From Klebsormidium nitens (Eukaryota > Plantae > Klebsormidiophyceae), in assembly GCA_000708835.1 (NCBI GenBank), contig DF237009.1, positions 186,001 through 250,000 on the forward strand: a stretch of 64,000 nt of DNA, given 5' to 3'. The position numbers were made by a program, and so were the translations under genes. A model generated the notes under the pieces. It worked only from the letters and a program-made list of their open reading frames with translations. It searched no databases and was not told the origin of the DNA. Shown piece after piece: positions 38,146 to 51,100 of the stretch (its first letter is position 1; the number at the start of each line of letters is the position of its first letter).

Positions 38146-41100
38146 TCAAGGCGAAGTGCGAACACTCGATCCGGACACGGACGCGAGTGCGACGCCGTTG
38201 ACCGGAGACGGACGTCCGGCGTCCGCCTCCGCCTCGGCGAGGAAGCGCGCGTACTTGTAGTGCGCGCCGAGCGCGGCGCCGACGATGCCAGCCTCGTTGC
38301 GCATGGCGGCCATCACGACCGGGGTGCCCATCGGAAGCTCCAGGTAGTGCGAGAACTAGAGGAGCGGACATTTTTTCGGGTTTGAGGGAGAAGTCAGATT
38401 TCCCTTTGAGGACTAGGAGCAACGTGTCATGTTATGTTAGTGATGGGAAGGGGTATGGAAAGAAGCAATGGAAAAGAAGATTTGGATTGGAAGAGAAGTA
38501 CGGTGCATTATTGATTCTCAAACTTGGAGCAGGACAGGTGGCAAGCGGAGCCAAGACACGTTTGAAGTGGAGGCAAGAACGTGAGCGAAATCCTATGTAG
38601 ATTCTCAGCGCCGTGGACCATCAATTTCGGAACAGGGCTAGCGCACGGTCCTCACCTTCTCATCCTTCTTGCTGACACCGCCTCCCATGATCTGCAAAAG
38701 ATTTGCGCAAGGAAATCAGCAACTCAAAGCGCTCCTCTACTTGACGGAGAAGCAGCCAGCTTAGCCCGCCTCTTGCCTTACACCGGCCTTCGTCGCTCGA
38801 CCGGTTGGCGCTTTGTCCGAACAAGGGACAAAGTTGTCAGCACCGGTCAGTGATGAGCAGAAATTGGGCTCGGGGAATGTCACTGCCAGTTGTGCTTGTC
38901 GGCGACACAAGCGCAGAGGGGCACAACTATACAGTCGCCGTGTTATGTTAGGGGAACCGGTCCCTCGACGCCCTCTTTCCGTATCTTGAGACTCCCGTGG
39001 CGGCGTGCCTCTCGATCGAACGCGCATAAGACAAGTACGCAAGAACAGGATCAAAAGCTCCCCATAAATGTCGCTCAAAGGAAGAGCTTACAGCTAAAAG
39101 AAGCCTAGTGGCAGTTCTTGAAGCGCCTATATGCTTTTGAAAATACTCAGGCTCAAGATAGGGTGCCGAAATGCTATGCAAGGGCTCAAGATAAGGCCTG
39201 GCGAGAGGACGCGCGGCAGCTTGCCTGCCTTACGCATTTCGTGGAGTCTGGATATAAGAAGACGAAATCCGGACAAATCTGATAAGCTATGGTAGGCGGC
39301 GCTAGAGCTTGCCCAGGTACTGGCTGGCGCGAACTGTGGCGTTAAAGAAACTGCAACGAATGCATAAGCAATTGACTGGCTCCCGATAAGGTCTGGCACG
39401 AGGAGGCGCTACAGCTTGCCCGAAGTACTGAAGTTGACGCAGAATGGGCCCTCCAGATTGGGCCCTCCGAATTACACAGACAAGAGTTTCAAATAAGCCG
39501 GACGAGGACAATAAGCTACGGAACTAGAGTTAAGGTCTGGCGACAGACGGGGCTCCAGCTTGGCAAAACATTGGCTGACGCGTATCTTTGGCGCATATTT
39601 GACCATGGATGGCGTGTAAGCAGGACGTAACGAATACCCTACGAAAACGCTCACGATAAGGTCTGGCGAGAGCAGGCGCTCCAGCTTGCCAAGGTATTGG
39701 CTGACGTCTTTTCTGACTCGCCAATTTGTGTATATCAACAAACAAATACAAAACAAATCACAGACAAAACAAAACACAGAATTCAGCCAGAAATCGTAAG
39801 CTTTGGAACTACTCACGATAAGGTCTGGCGACAGCAGGCGCTCCAGCTTGCTGAGGTACTGGCTGACGCATATTGGCCCCCGAAAATGAGGAAGTAAAAG
39901 TTATAGATAAGCTGGGAGCAAACGATAAGCAACGGAACAACTCACGATAAGGTCTGGCGAGAGCAGGCGCTCCAGCTTGCCGAGGTACTGGCTGACGCGC
40001 CCGGCCCACTTCTTCCAGCTCATGTCCTCGCGCTCGCGCGCCGCCGATGACGCCAGCTTCTCCGCGACCTCGCCGTCCATCTCGATGTGACCCAGTTCTA
40101 GATTGGGGACCTTCACAGAGAGCAGTAAAGGAACTTGAAGAGAATCGGTAGGCCAGACTTGACAAGTAACAGCGTAAGTAGATTCCCGCCGTCCATCTCG
40201 ATGTGACCCAATTCTAGATCAAGGACCTGCACCATGATTCGTGGAAGAACCTCAATGACCAGTAGGCCTATTAGCTAAGAAAAGTGAGGTCAAAAGGGGT
40301 TCGGAACCTCTAAGCCCCAAATGCCTCACCAACTTTCCTTCGATATACAAAGCGGTTCCGAACGAGTTACCAGGATCTGATCAAAGATTTCCGACGGGAT
40401 TGTAATCCTGTGACGATAATCAGCCCTAATATGTGGGACTAGATTGAAGTTAAAGACCCCAACACCCTGAAAATGTTACCAACTTTCCCTTGATGTACAG
40501 AGCAATTCGATTTCCATTCCGACTGTGGTCCTAAACTACGTCTTCGACCAGATACCAACATGTATCAGAACAATCAGAATTTTGAACGAGATTGGAGACG
40601 GACAGGAGTGAAAATGCACCCAAAGAAATCAAGACCTAACATTTCAAGAGCCTTACCAACTTCCGGATCCCGTTTCCAATCCCGGTTCCAAACGTCGTTA
40701 CCAGCACCACCTTACCCCTGGAGTTCGCACAAAGTTTCCATGGTCCGAAACCCTGAAATCGGTAGCCCTAAATCCTAAAGCTTCTAGAACCCTAGGAACG
40801 CTTACCAGCTTGCCCTCCACATAGAGCGCGGTTCCAATCTTGGTGGTTCCAGAGGTGGTTAACAGCACATTTATGGAACCTAGATTACATGGCGGTACGT
40901 TCTTAAACTCGAAACAAAACCCAAAACCAAACCAAAACCCAAAACGAGACCAGAATTGAAGTGTTAAAACCCAAATAACGAAATGCCAAACCCCAATTCT
41001 TACCAGCTTCCCTTCGACGTACAGAGCGGTTCCGATCCCGGTTCCGAACGTGGTTACGAGCACCACCTCCTCTTCGTGCCCCCGCCCCTCGCCGAAGTTC

Positions 41101-43998
41101 ATCTCCGCGAGACCCGCCGCATCGGCATCGTTCAAAACGACCACAGGGCAACCCGTCGCCTCCTCGAACAGCTTCTGGGCGTTGATGTTAACCCATGTCT
41201 TGTCAACTGCAACGCGGCGTTGTTTGATTGTCGTTAACGGACTGCGAAGCCGCTTATCAGCACACTAAGCATGTCTCAGCAGGTGAAAAACGTTGTACGG
41301 CAATTTGTTGTTTCCTCGATTTGAGGTGAGCATACGTAAAGCGGGGTCATAATCTCTATTGGTTCGTTTTGGCTGGGGATTCGAACGGCCTCCCAGGTAA
41401 CATGAGTTGCTGTCGTTTCGCCAACTGCGACATAGCAAAACTTTAATTGTGCGGATTGTTCCGAATATCAGATTCCAAGTTCAGCTGTGGAGGAAACGAA
41501 AAATCGGCCACGCTCCGTTTCACTCCTCCACCAAAACGTCAAACTTTTGCAGGCTGCCAAAATCGTGCTTCGACAACTTTATACTGCGGATTCCGCCCTT
41601 GGAGGGAACCACACAGTTGACCGAGGGTCGTTTCACTCACTGTTGGCTGCAGTGTAAACGACCCCCCGCCGCACGACTGACGGCACACCAACCCCAATAA
41701 CGCCCTTGAACTGCAGATAAGTCCAAAAGCCTGGTCAAGAGGGACGGCATCCCGGAGGGGCGGTCTGAACATGGGCTTCAGAAAAGCAATCGGACGGCAT
41801 TTCGAACAGCAGCTTTGGAAGGCAGTTGGACGGAGACGGTGCAGAAGTGGGTATATTTGAGTGGTAAACGAACTGGTAGGCTCAAACGTACAAAGCAGGC
41901 GGGGGTTTTTGATAAAACATTCAGGACGACGGGTTTGGACGGCGGGTTTGGACGGCGGGTTTAGGCAGTGACTCCGAAGAGCAGGCTATTGGCGGAAGTG
42001 GGACGGCTCTACTGGAGATTAGATATGGATCGAAGAGCGGAAATTGGTTCGAAGACAGAGAAACGGACTTGAGGTTTCAGGCGGCTGTACTAGGAACAAC
42101 AGGGGCTTTTGATGGCGGCATTGACTGGGCGGTCGTAGAGGAGGTTTGGCAAAAGATGCTGCTTAACCGGCTCAGAAGGGGGCTTGAAACCGCCTACCTG
42201 ATCTGCGGCCTCAGATGTGCGCTCCGGACCGTTCCTTTTCTTTTCTTTTTTCATTTTCTTTTTTCGAACGGACAAAATAGGTACAGCTTCCCAACAGACA
42301 ATACGAAATAAGATTCGGGGACAGAGAGGTCTGATACAGGTCGGATAGGCAGGACGGATACCTTTTACTCACGAAGTACAAAGAGAAAACGTGTTCATTA
42401 TTGTGCATCATGCTGGCAGGTCAATTTACGAATGACACGTGCCGGGGTTGCGAGCGGAGATGGAGGGTCGGAAAGGACAGAACGTACCTCGAAGTGCTCG
42501 GCCAACTGCTTAATCACGCCTGCGATCGCTTCTGGTGTCGCCGGCTGCGGCGTTGGGATGCGGTGTCGCTCCGCCTGCAGCTCGCCAGTAGTGATGTCCA
42601 CTGGAGCCGCTTTGACACCGGTCCCGCCAAAGTCGACCCTGCAAGATGGAGAGCGGTTGTTTCAAGCTTTTCTCGTTTTTACCTAAACTGCTAATCTTAC
42701 TCCTAGGTTATGTAGATGAAGTCTGTCCAAGATGATCTTTCAATGACTTGAAATCGGATTGCTTCACGTGTCGCCTTTCAAGTAAGTACGTTCTTCAAGG
42801 CCTTTACACCAATCATGCAAAGTCAAGCTGCCAACTGAAAGGTAGGGCTGGGTTTCGGCTGGTTTGAAGGTAGGTTTAGGGCCACTTTGAAACTCATTCA
42901 GAAGGATTGAAAGGTTGATAAGCTATCCGTAAGTCAAGTTCAAGGGTTCTTTTTACACAAAGTGTTGTCAACGTCAATGTTGCACGTTTGAGTTGGATTC
43001 AGAGTCGGGTCTAGGGCTGGGTTTGGGGCTCGCTTAGGGCTCGATTACGTCACTCAGAGGTCCAGAACGGCATCTGCTGGCCCCGCGAGAGCTGGAGATG
43101 TAGTGAAAGGTTTGAGGATGCAGTCTGATGAACCCAGAGACAGGAAGAGTCACCCATACGAGCTCAGCAATTGGTGCTTGGATCACAAGTTCCAAAGTCG
43201 ATCATTTCCGCCGTGGTCTCAGAAGTAGAGTCTCCCTGCGCTTGCAATGCGTTTGAACGGAATGTTCCTGGGCATCGCTTCGCTCTACAAGGTTGGCAAT
43301 TTTGGCGGACACAATGCCAACAAATGCCTCAAAATTCAATTTCTAACCCCTATATGGAGGAACAGCACCGAAGGAGGACGCAAGAACTGCTGAAGAGAGC
43401 GAGGAGAAGGAGATATTTGAGCACTCAGACTTTTGTCGCCAACCCCGAGAATCTGGGAAAACGGCGGGGTGCCTGATAGTTGTGCATTGGCAGAAAGGCC
43501 CCTCCCTGAAAATTGAGATTATGTTTAGATGTGCCTTAATTTTCAAAACCGCGTTCAACATTGTCTTTTCTTGTAACTCTCACTACCCAATCAGATCCTC
43601 CATTTGCAGCTTATGAAAATGCTAGAAAAATGCTAGAAATGCAGAAAAGCTCACCCAAGAAACACATCCCCTTGCAGCGGCACAACATTCTTCAGGTCAA
43701 TTGACGTCCTGTCCCCCCACTTCGACGTGCCTGCAATCCCGCACATCTCTTGCGCACGAACCACCATCGAAGGCCTTGACGGTTCCTGTCGTCGCTGAGG
43801 TAAGCATTCTGCAATGCTGTGCTTGGAGGCTGCAAAGGTGCTGCGGTTGCTACTCAGGCTCCGGGTGCGAACTAGAGACGGAGAGAAGGCGTGCGCAGCG
43901 CAATGGGGGAGGTTTGGTGAGGATTCTACGTGGCAATTTTGCAGCCGGGGAGTTGTTAGGGAGCCCGCCGGCAGGGGGCACCGGCTAACAACACTCAT
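38146..43998 (-). CDS. ppgK: ROK-family polyphosphate glucokinase / polyphosphate-ATP glucomannokinase with a putative plastid transit peptide (~392 aa, 7 exons)
   Basis: complement(join(43998..43655,42638..42488,41710..41641,41206..41004,40110..39946,38691..38656,38355..38146)). Motifs: [102 protein letters not shown]. The ~105-aa N-extension is Ser/Arg/Ala-rich and contains MVVRA. Confidence 0.92.
39190..39945 (-). repeat. Six donor-side echoes of ppgK exon 5 (3' ~55 nt plus intron start)
   Basis: Units resembling gtcagccagtacctcggcaagctggagcgcctgctctcgccagaccttatc|gtgag end at about 39817, 39655, 39530, 39385, 39281 and 39190; divergence increases with distance from the exon. Confidence 0.92.
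40185..40868 (-). repeat. ppgK intron 4: one acceptor echo of exon 5 (40185-40230) and four donor echoes of exon 4 (ending 40806, 40657, 40480, 40330)
   Basis: Copies translate as cag|[13 protein letters not shown]; [11 protein letters not shown]|gtaagc; [14 protein letters not shown]|gtaagg; IALYIKGKL|gtaaca; [10 protein letters not shown]|gtgagg. Confidence 0.9.
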
Positions 43999-44300
43999 TG
44001 CTGTTTTGCTGCTTCAAGAATTGAATTGGCGAGGAAGTAGCTTCTCAAGCAATCCTTTGACCCCGGCAGCTTGATTTGGGCTGCAAGCAATCTCCCTGCC
44101 TTGAAATAGACAATTGGTCCCGATTCACACTCCCCGCTTCGCACACAATCTTACTGTAGCAAGCGAGTGGCTCCGAGAAGTTGCTGCTCAAAAGCAATTG
44201 CATTAGACTGGAGTGCCGACTTGTATAATTGTAACAGCATTTTAGAACCAAGGTCCAACAGGTCCAAGGACCAAGGAGCAAGCTGACTGGACACTGCAGT

Positions 44301-44441
44301 CTGCAGTGCACCCACCTGCGTCGAACTCAGAGTCGGCCTGCATGAGAGCTGCGCGTGGTAACGATTTTCGCGCGCAAACTGTTGGTATGAGTACCGTATG
44401 CAGGCTTTCGACCAAGCACCGTTACCATCATGGCACTGCAG
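44301..44441. repeat. Small imperfect hairpin upstream of ppgK
   Basis: Nested inverted pairs ctgcagtgc/gcactgcag, gtcga/tcgac and gcctgcat/atgcaggc. Confidence 0.45.
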
Positions 44442-45178
44442 CCCGAGGTTCAAGGGGATCCCCTGAAACAGAACGCACAGGCAGATTGCATGCGCTATCA
44501 TCAATTTAGCTTGCATCTGAGTTTGGCTAGGGCCCGATATCATGCGCAGTCGAATTCGCTTATTTTTGATTTGTGGGCGTACGTGACTTGACGATCTGTA
44601 AACGTCGATTACGCCGCATCGATGCTTTTCCATGCTCAGCGCGTTCTCGATCGGAGTCCTTAGCGCGCATGTACTACCTGATTGGTGGGAGCAACAATTG
44701 ACTCTGTATGCATGCAGCATGCATGTCATGCCAGAAGCCTGATCGATATCCAGCATGCCCTTGATTGCTTGGGCACACATGACGGCATGTGCGGTTCTCC
44801 AGCGCGGTCATATGCTGAGTGCAAGTACAACATACACGTGATATTTGACGGCTGTATGTTTCACGCTAAGAGCAGCACAAGTGAGCGCGCCGTTTTCGTG
44901 TACTTTGTGAAGAAGTAGGCGCTGCTCGTGCTCCTTACTCGCCTTGGCAAGATTATGCCCACACATATTCAATGACATGTTGGCCGTTTCGCATGTGGGA
45001 AGATGCCGCATGCATTCCTGCCCTTCTGCAAATACCATTATGTGCGCAAAACCCCACATTGCTAGCGATGGCCTGGGCAAATCCCGTTGAACAGTCATGA
45101 AGCCACAGATTGTGGGCTTCTGCCATGCTCTCATCCCAGCATCAAAGCGTCAAACCCTTTACAAATTTCTCGGATCGG

Positions 45179-48100
45179 TCAAAGCTTGAGAGTTGCCAAA
45201 TCTACCAGATGCCGCATGGTTGGCCTTCCGTGGGGGCAATTCCAAGGGGCGTCCAAACCTTCCAAGTGGCGCAGTATCTGCGAGGACAAAGGGATAGAGC
45301 GAATCGGTCAGAACCATTTGGAGACCATTCTTAAGCTCTACTGTCGTTATTGCTCGAGTACTGACGATCGACGCTGAATGTGCGGAAGAAGCAGAATGAG
45401 AAATGCTTTCGTCATTGGACGAAAACGAACAGACCTTATGCTTCTTGAGAGCTGCGAGGTTCCGATTGGACGAGAAGCCAAAGGAAGCGGAAACAAACCG
45501 AAAGAACGAAGAGAGGAGAAGGTTGTGGAAAGAAGAACGACAGAAAGATTGGAATATCGAAGGAACGTAAGTGAAAAAGCAGGAGACTAGGTAAGGAAGG
45601 AGCGCAACACAGGGAAGGTCTGTCGTCACATCTTCGACATACAAATTCTGGTGGCTGCCTTGACCCTTTCTCAAACTCTCCCTCTGACCATTGAGTCTCC
45701 CTCTCTTCCCCAGGGCTACAGCCGTCGGTTTTACAACCCCGCCAATCACGATTGCTTGGCTACCGTCCTCACCGTCTATCTGACAAAGACAGCACAACTC
45801 GTCCGTACCTTAACCATCTGCTGCTTGTTGAGCGGATCGCCGATCATGATGGACGAGCGGCACGCGCGTGACGCCAGCATGGTGCGGACGCGCGACGGCC
45901 GGACGGCGTTCGCGGGGCTGCTCCCCCCAGGGCTGTCCGCGGCCTCGATCGGGGCGTCCGCCAGAAGGGACACCAGCTCGTGAACGTCTGCAGGGAAGCG
46001 ACCGGGGGACACTTTATTCGTATCCAGGCAGGGGGGTAAGGCTCCAAAAGGGTCACGAGCGCTTGAGCAGCTGTAGAGAAGAGACTCGCGGAAAGATGAA
46101 AACCTCTTGGGTTCAGGCTGAGGAGGAAGGTGGATAAGAGCAGAGACGCAAGCTCGCGCATGTGCCGGAACAGTGACAGGGGGGTTAAAGAGGACGTCGG
46201 TCTATACATACCGTCCCGGCTCGATTTTTTCCAGACCAGCTCGGAAGCACATCGACTCCTAGCACAGTTGGCAAGGGCGCTCGACTTTCACCGTGAAAAC
46301 GAGCGATCGAAACTCGGTCGGAGCAACTTTACTCCTTTTTCTCACCCCGTGCAGGTCGAACTCACACCGGTTTTCAAATTTCACGTCACGCGGGCAGACT
46401 TTCCGTGCGATAGAATTTCACCGTATGCGGCTGACGTCAGGCGTTACGGGTCACGGGACGCCCTCTTAAAGAGGACGCAAAGGGGGCGAAGGCCAAAAGC
46501 AGGGACACAAACGTGCGAAAATCTGTGGAGAAGCGACTTCCACTTAGAAGTAAAAAGCGTCGACTCTTCCAAGGAGCAGGAAGACTTGAGCGGGGACACC
46601 AGCTCATGAACATCTGCAAAACTTGCGACCGGGGGAGGATGAGTGAGGCGACGGGGGGGAGAGAGAAGCTACTAAATCATCCAGAGGGGGGGGAAGCTAA
46701 AGCAGGGACGCGGGGTAGGGCAGGAATCGTAATTTCACACCGGTGGGGGGAGAAACTATCCTAAACCTGATTTCAAACCTAATTTTAACCGTAGACCCAG
46801 ATCAAACCCGTAGAGCTATTCCTTAAAAGCTACACTTACACCTACACCTACACTTACACCTAAACCTGAACCTGAACCTAGTTCACCCTAAGCCTAAGGC
46901 TGAAATGCCTTCCACACGTTCTCTCACCGTCGGGCCCGAACGTGATGTTCTTGCTGAAGGGTACTGCCGCGAGCTTGAAGCGCCGCCCGGCGGGCGCGTC
47001 CCGAGCCTCGACCAGCTCGAACCCGTTCCGCCGGAACGCCTGCAGGTGCGGAATCGTGTGTGTGAGAGATGTCTCTCGTTTAAAACAGATTGTCGATGGA
47101 TTGGCGAGGAGCAAAAGCTTCCGAAAGATTTAGTGAAGCAAGCAACTCACAAAAATAGGGCTGTGGATGCAGGCCAAGGGCCGAAGAGCCTGCTTGCATT
47201 GCTTGAATCCCACATCGAAATAGCAGAGCCTGCAAAGAACGTTTACACGGACGTCCAACACCGTGCAGCCCTCAATTCTACTTTTCTTTTTAACATTCTT
47301 CACACCAGAAGTTTCGAGGATGTCAGGAGCACAATCTGATGCATTCGTACCTGCAAGTGCTCCTGGCACGTAACCTCCTCCGCGGCGGTTAGGTCTAACC
47401 CGAGCGGGTTAAGCAGCGGTTGTTTGTTGAGCACGGTGGTCCGCACCAGGCGCTCAAAGTTGAACTTCTCGTCGGAGGCGTGCTGATCGACGATAAACAG
47501 GTCGTTGTCGAGGCGCGCAATGATGAAGCCAAGGTTAAATTGGCCGCACACATCCATTTTGCTGCAAGAAGAAGGTATGCGCATCAAAAGAGTTGTTTAG
47601 ATCTGCGTTACGGACGGGATCCTCGTAGGATGCAAGCTGGTTACGATAAACAGGTCGTTGTCGAGGCGTGCAATGATGAAGCCAAGGTTGGACTGTCCGC
47701 ACATCGCCATCCGGCCGCAAAAGAGACATATGAAACGTGGGTAAGCGGAGGGGTTAAGTTTCGGGTTTGGGAGCGGCTGTCCTAGGCCCGTTCGCCGCCG
47801 GTTATCTTCTGTACACAGAGAAGGGTGCGCAATGGTCTTGGGGAAGAAAACACCTCAAGGTATGTTTGAAGGGAGACGATAGTAAAAACTGGAAAGGATT
47901 CTCATGGCAAGATCAGCAGTAAGCATCCAATTTTCGGATACCAAGATGTTTTGGCCACATCTGAGGGAAAGGGTCTGTAGATACCCAGGAAGTGATGCCT
48001 TGTTCGTCAAAGGAACAGGTGCGACATTTCACCTGCGTTTCAATCAAAAAATGTATCGCAACACATTGCAGCATAGTCTGATTACAGGATTCAAAGAGGC

Positions 48101-51100
48101 CGCTCAAATTCAGTACAGTTATTCGGAAGCCCGCAAAGCTCAACCAATTCAACTAAAGCAATGCGTTGCTCTAATCTATAGAAATAAGCACATTCGCAAT
48201 TAGAATCTTTGGTTTTAGTAAGCTGCTTATAGAATCAACAAGAATGAATGGATTAAGAGATTCACCCCTTTTCCTTCTCCTAACCTCTTTAGGGCTTGAC
48301 CAATCAAAAAAGTAAAATATTTGTTGTATACGGTAGACTGTACTGCCGAAGGGCACCTGAAAGCCACTCACGGGATAGGCATCTTTCTTCGAGCACATCA
48401 TTGATCCCAACTCATGGGAAGCCCCCGGCCCCAAACACCAAAACATCAAAGTCAAGAAAAATAATAGGAAGCCGAGATAATAGTAAGGTAACCGCACTGG
48501 GACGGGTAGAGTTAGTTTGGTGATAAGGGTGGGTATGGGTGCGGAGCGGGTGTATTCTTGGGTTAGGGTTTTTAGTGTTTGTCGGAGCTTACTATTATCT
48601 TGGCTTACTATTATCTTCCTTGAGTTTTATCACCAAATCCAGGATCTTCGGAAAGCCGCAAGGTTCCATATAGAACCCACCAAGCTCCACACCCCACCAA
48701 CTGACAAGAACAAAGTACGACAAGAGCGACGACAAAGCTCACCCAAAGTCCTTCTTGTTGAACACCCGCTCCAGCTCATTAGTTGCCGCGTCTAGATCGC
48801 CCGCCTCGGCCCGCCCGAGCGACGCCGCCGCAAACTGCCGCCCCCGCTTCCTTTCTCTCCCCGTTTCTAGTTGCTCCGCCCTCCAGTTCGCCCACCGCTG
48901 CCGCAGTCGGCCCACGTCAAACGCCACCCGCATGTCGTCGCTCGGCGCTTCCCTAGGGCTGTCGGTCCGGACGTCCGGAGAAGGGGTACTGGCGTCCGTA
49001 GGGAGGGGCGAAGCGTCCGGAAGGGATGCACCGACGTCCGGAATGGTTGTACGGCCGCCGGAGAGGTTAGGCCGGACGTCCGCAGAAGGTGGACGAAGAT
49101 TTCGGGGGGCCTTTCGGACGTCCGAACCTGGTGTTTGCGCAGCGGTTTCTCCGAGCGAATCCCTTCGGCTCGCGCCAACATCGTGTTCCACTTCGTCTTC
49201 TAGCACCTCCAAACCTCCTCGCTCGGGTGCGGCTGTTGCCGTCGGAATCCTTTCCCCCGCAGGGGGCTCCGCACTACCCGCCTCCGCCCCCCCCGACCGT
49301 CCTCGTTTGTTTCGCACCAACGCCGTTCCAGTCCGCTCGCTCTTTGCGGATTCGTCCGGTGATCCGTCCGCAGACCCCACACCGTCTGAATCCTCGCTGT
49401 CCCTCAAATCCGGACATGTGTCCGCCGCTCTGCGGACGTCCGGAGGGCCCGCGCTCGGCTTCCCTCGCACAAGGAATCCGCTCAGCGACGCCTGCCGGGG
49501 CTTCTTTCCGGGGGCAGTTTCGGCCGCGAGGGATCCCCCATTCCCCGACTGAGGGATCCCCCAGGGCGCGTGCGCGGCTTTTTCTGGGGCGGCTTTGCCA
49601 GCGGCCGGTACGTTTAAGAAGGCGTCCAGCGGCACCGGCGTCCGAGCGGCGCTCCGGACGCGTCCGAAGTGCGCGGACCTCGTTCCGGCCCCTCGTTCCG
49701 GTTCCGTTCTCTCCTGGGGAGTGTCTTCTTGCTCATCTTCTGACTCGTTTCTTGGGGGCTCTGATTGTGGAGAAGCTCGAGCCCCTTTTCGAGTTTCCTC
49801 TCCTGAAGGAACCTCAGCGCCACTCCCCTCTTCGTCATCTTCAGCATCTCTCCGGTCCTTGTTCCGTCGGCTCCTCGTTCCGTTCCGGCCCCCGATCTCC
49901 TCAGCGGACTCTGATCCCGCCTCCTCGTCTTCCCCTTCTTCCTCTTCCAACGCGTCTGCAAGACTCCGCATCTTTCTCGTTACCCCCCCGTTCGTCTCGT
50001 CCCCCGTTTGCTCTTCAACTCCCGGACTCAGAGCCCGCCGCTTTCTTGCCCCCTGACTCGGTTCCCCCCCGTTCGCTTCCCCTCCCGCCGAAAACGCTTC
50101 CAGACTGCGCTTTGTTCCGTTCTTCCCTTTACCGCGGGTTCCTTCCTCTTCCATTTCTCCACTCCCCCGCCCGTCTCTAGAACTGCGCTTCTCCGCATCC
50201 CTAATGTCCCCATCTTCTTCGCTCCCATCCTCTTCTAAACCCACACTCAGACTGCGCTTCCTTTTCTTTGCATCCCCTGTTTCTCGCCGGGCCCCCCTCC
50301 CCTTCTCCCCCATATTCTCCTCGCTCTCGTTCTCACTCTCCTCGTCCCCCCCCTCTTCTTCGCTGTCGCTACTTTCCGCCGACTCGTCCTCGTCTCCCCC
50401 CACGCTCAGAGTGCGCTTTTTCCCTGCCTTTGCCCCCCCCTTTTCTTTCGCCGGCTGGCTCTCTTGCACGCGGAACACGTACTTGTCCGGAGCGTACAGC
50501 TGCTCCAAGGATGTCCGGAGCGCGGATAAGAGATCCGCCTCCGTGTGCAGAAAGATCTTGCGCTTGTCGGGCGTCACGTTGACGTCATACGAGTCCTGGA
50601 AGAAAGGCACAGGTGGCAAATGAGTAGCGGCCTTCAAGCAATTGTTTCTTAAACGTCTAAGTGCACCAAGGACGTTTGGAGAGTGGAGAGGAGGCCTGCC
50701 TCCGTGTGCAGAAAGATCTTGCGCTTGTGGGGCGTCACGTTGACGTCATACGACTCCCGGAGAAAAGAGAGGCACAGGCGGCCTATCAGTGATGATCTTC
50801 GAGAGGTTTTTCCAGAAGCGTAAAAGTGCTCCAAAGACGTCTGGGGCGCAGATAAGAGGTCCGCCTCCGTCTGCAAGAATTTCATGCGCTTGTCGGGCGT
50901 CAAGTTGACATCATACAAGTCCTTGCCAAGGAGGCAACGAACGGATTCAGGTGCTGGTCTACAAACGGCTGGCTCATGATGAGATCAACCAGTAGATCGT
51001 TTCGGAAGACGGCGAGCCTCAAACAATCATAGGCAAAGCGTGGCAACATTGTCAACGACTTCCCTTCGGAGAAACCAGAAGGGATTGTTCGCGGAAGGGC

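Noticed and set aside
39190-39990. CRISPR array (regular repeats with ~70-100-nt spacers and a polarity gradient)
   Set aside because: The repeats are copies of the ppgK exon-5 end plus donor, the spacers are related to each other, the context is eukaryotic and no cas genes are present.
46780-46900. True telomere or chromosome-fusion scar
   Set aside because: Short, highly degenerate hexamers inside an intron of an intact gene, with no head-to-head arrangement.
48755-50582. Long overlapping plus-strand ORFs (265, 363, 153 and 139 aa)
   Set aside because: Antisense shadows of the GC-rich PMS2 linker exon, with low-complexity translations and no motifs.
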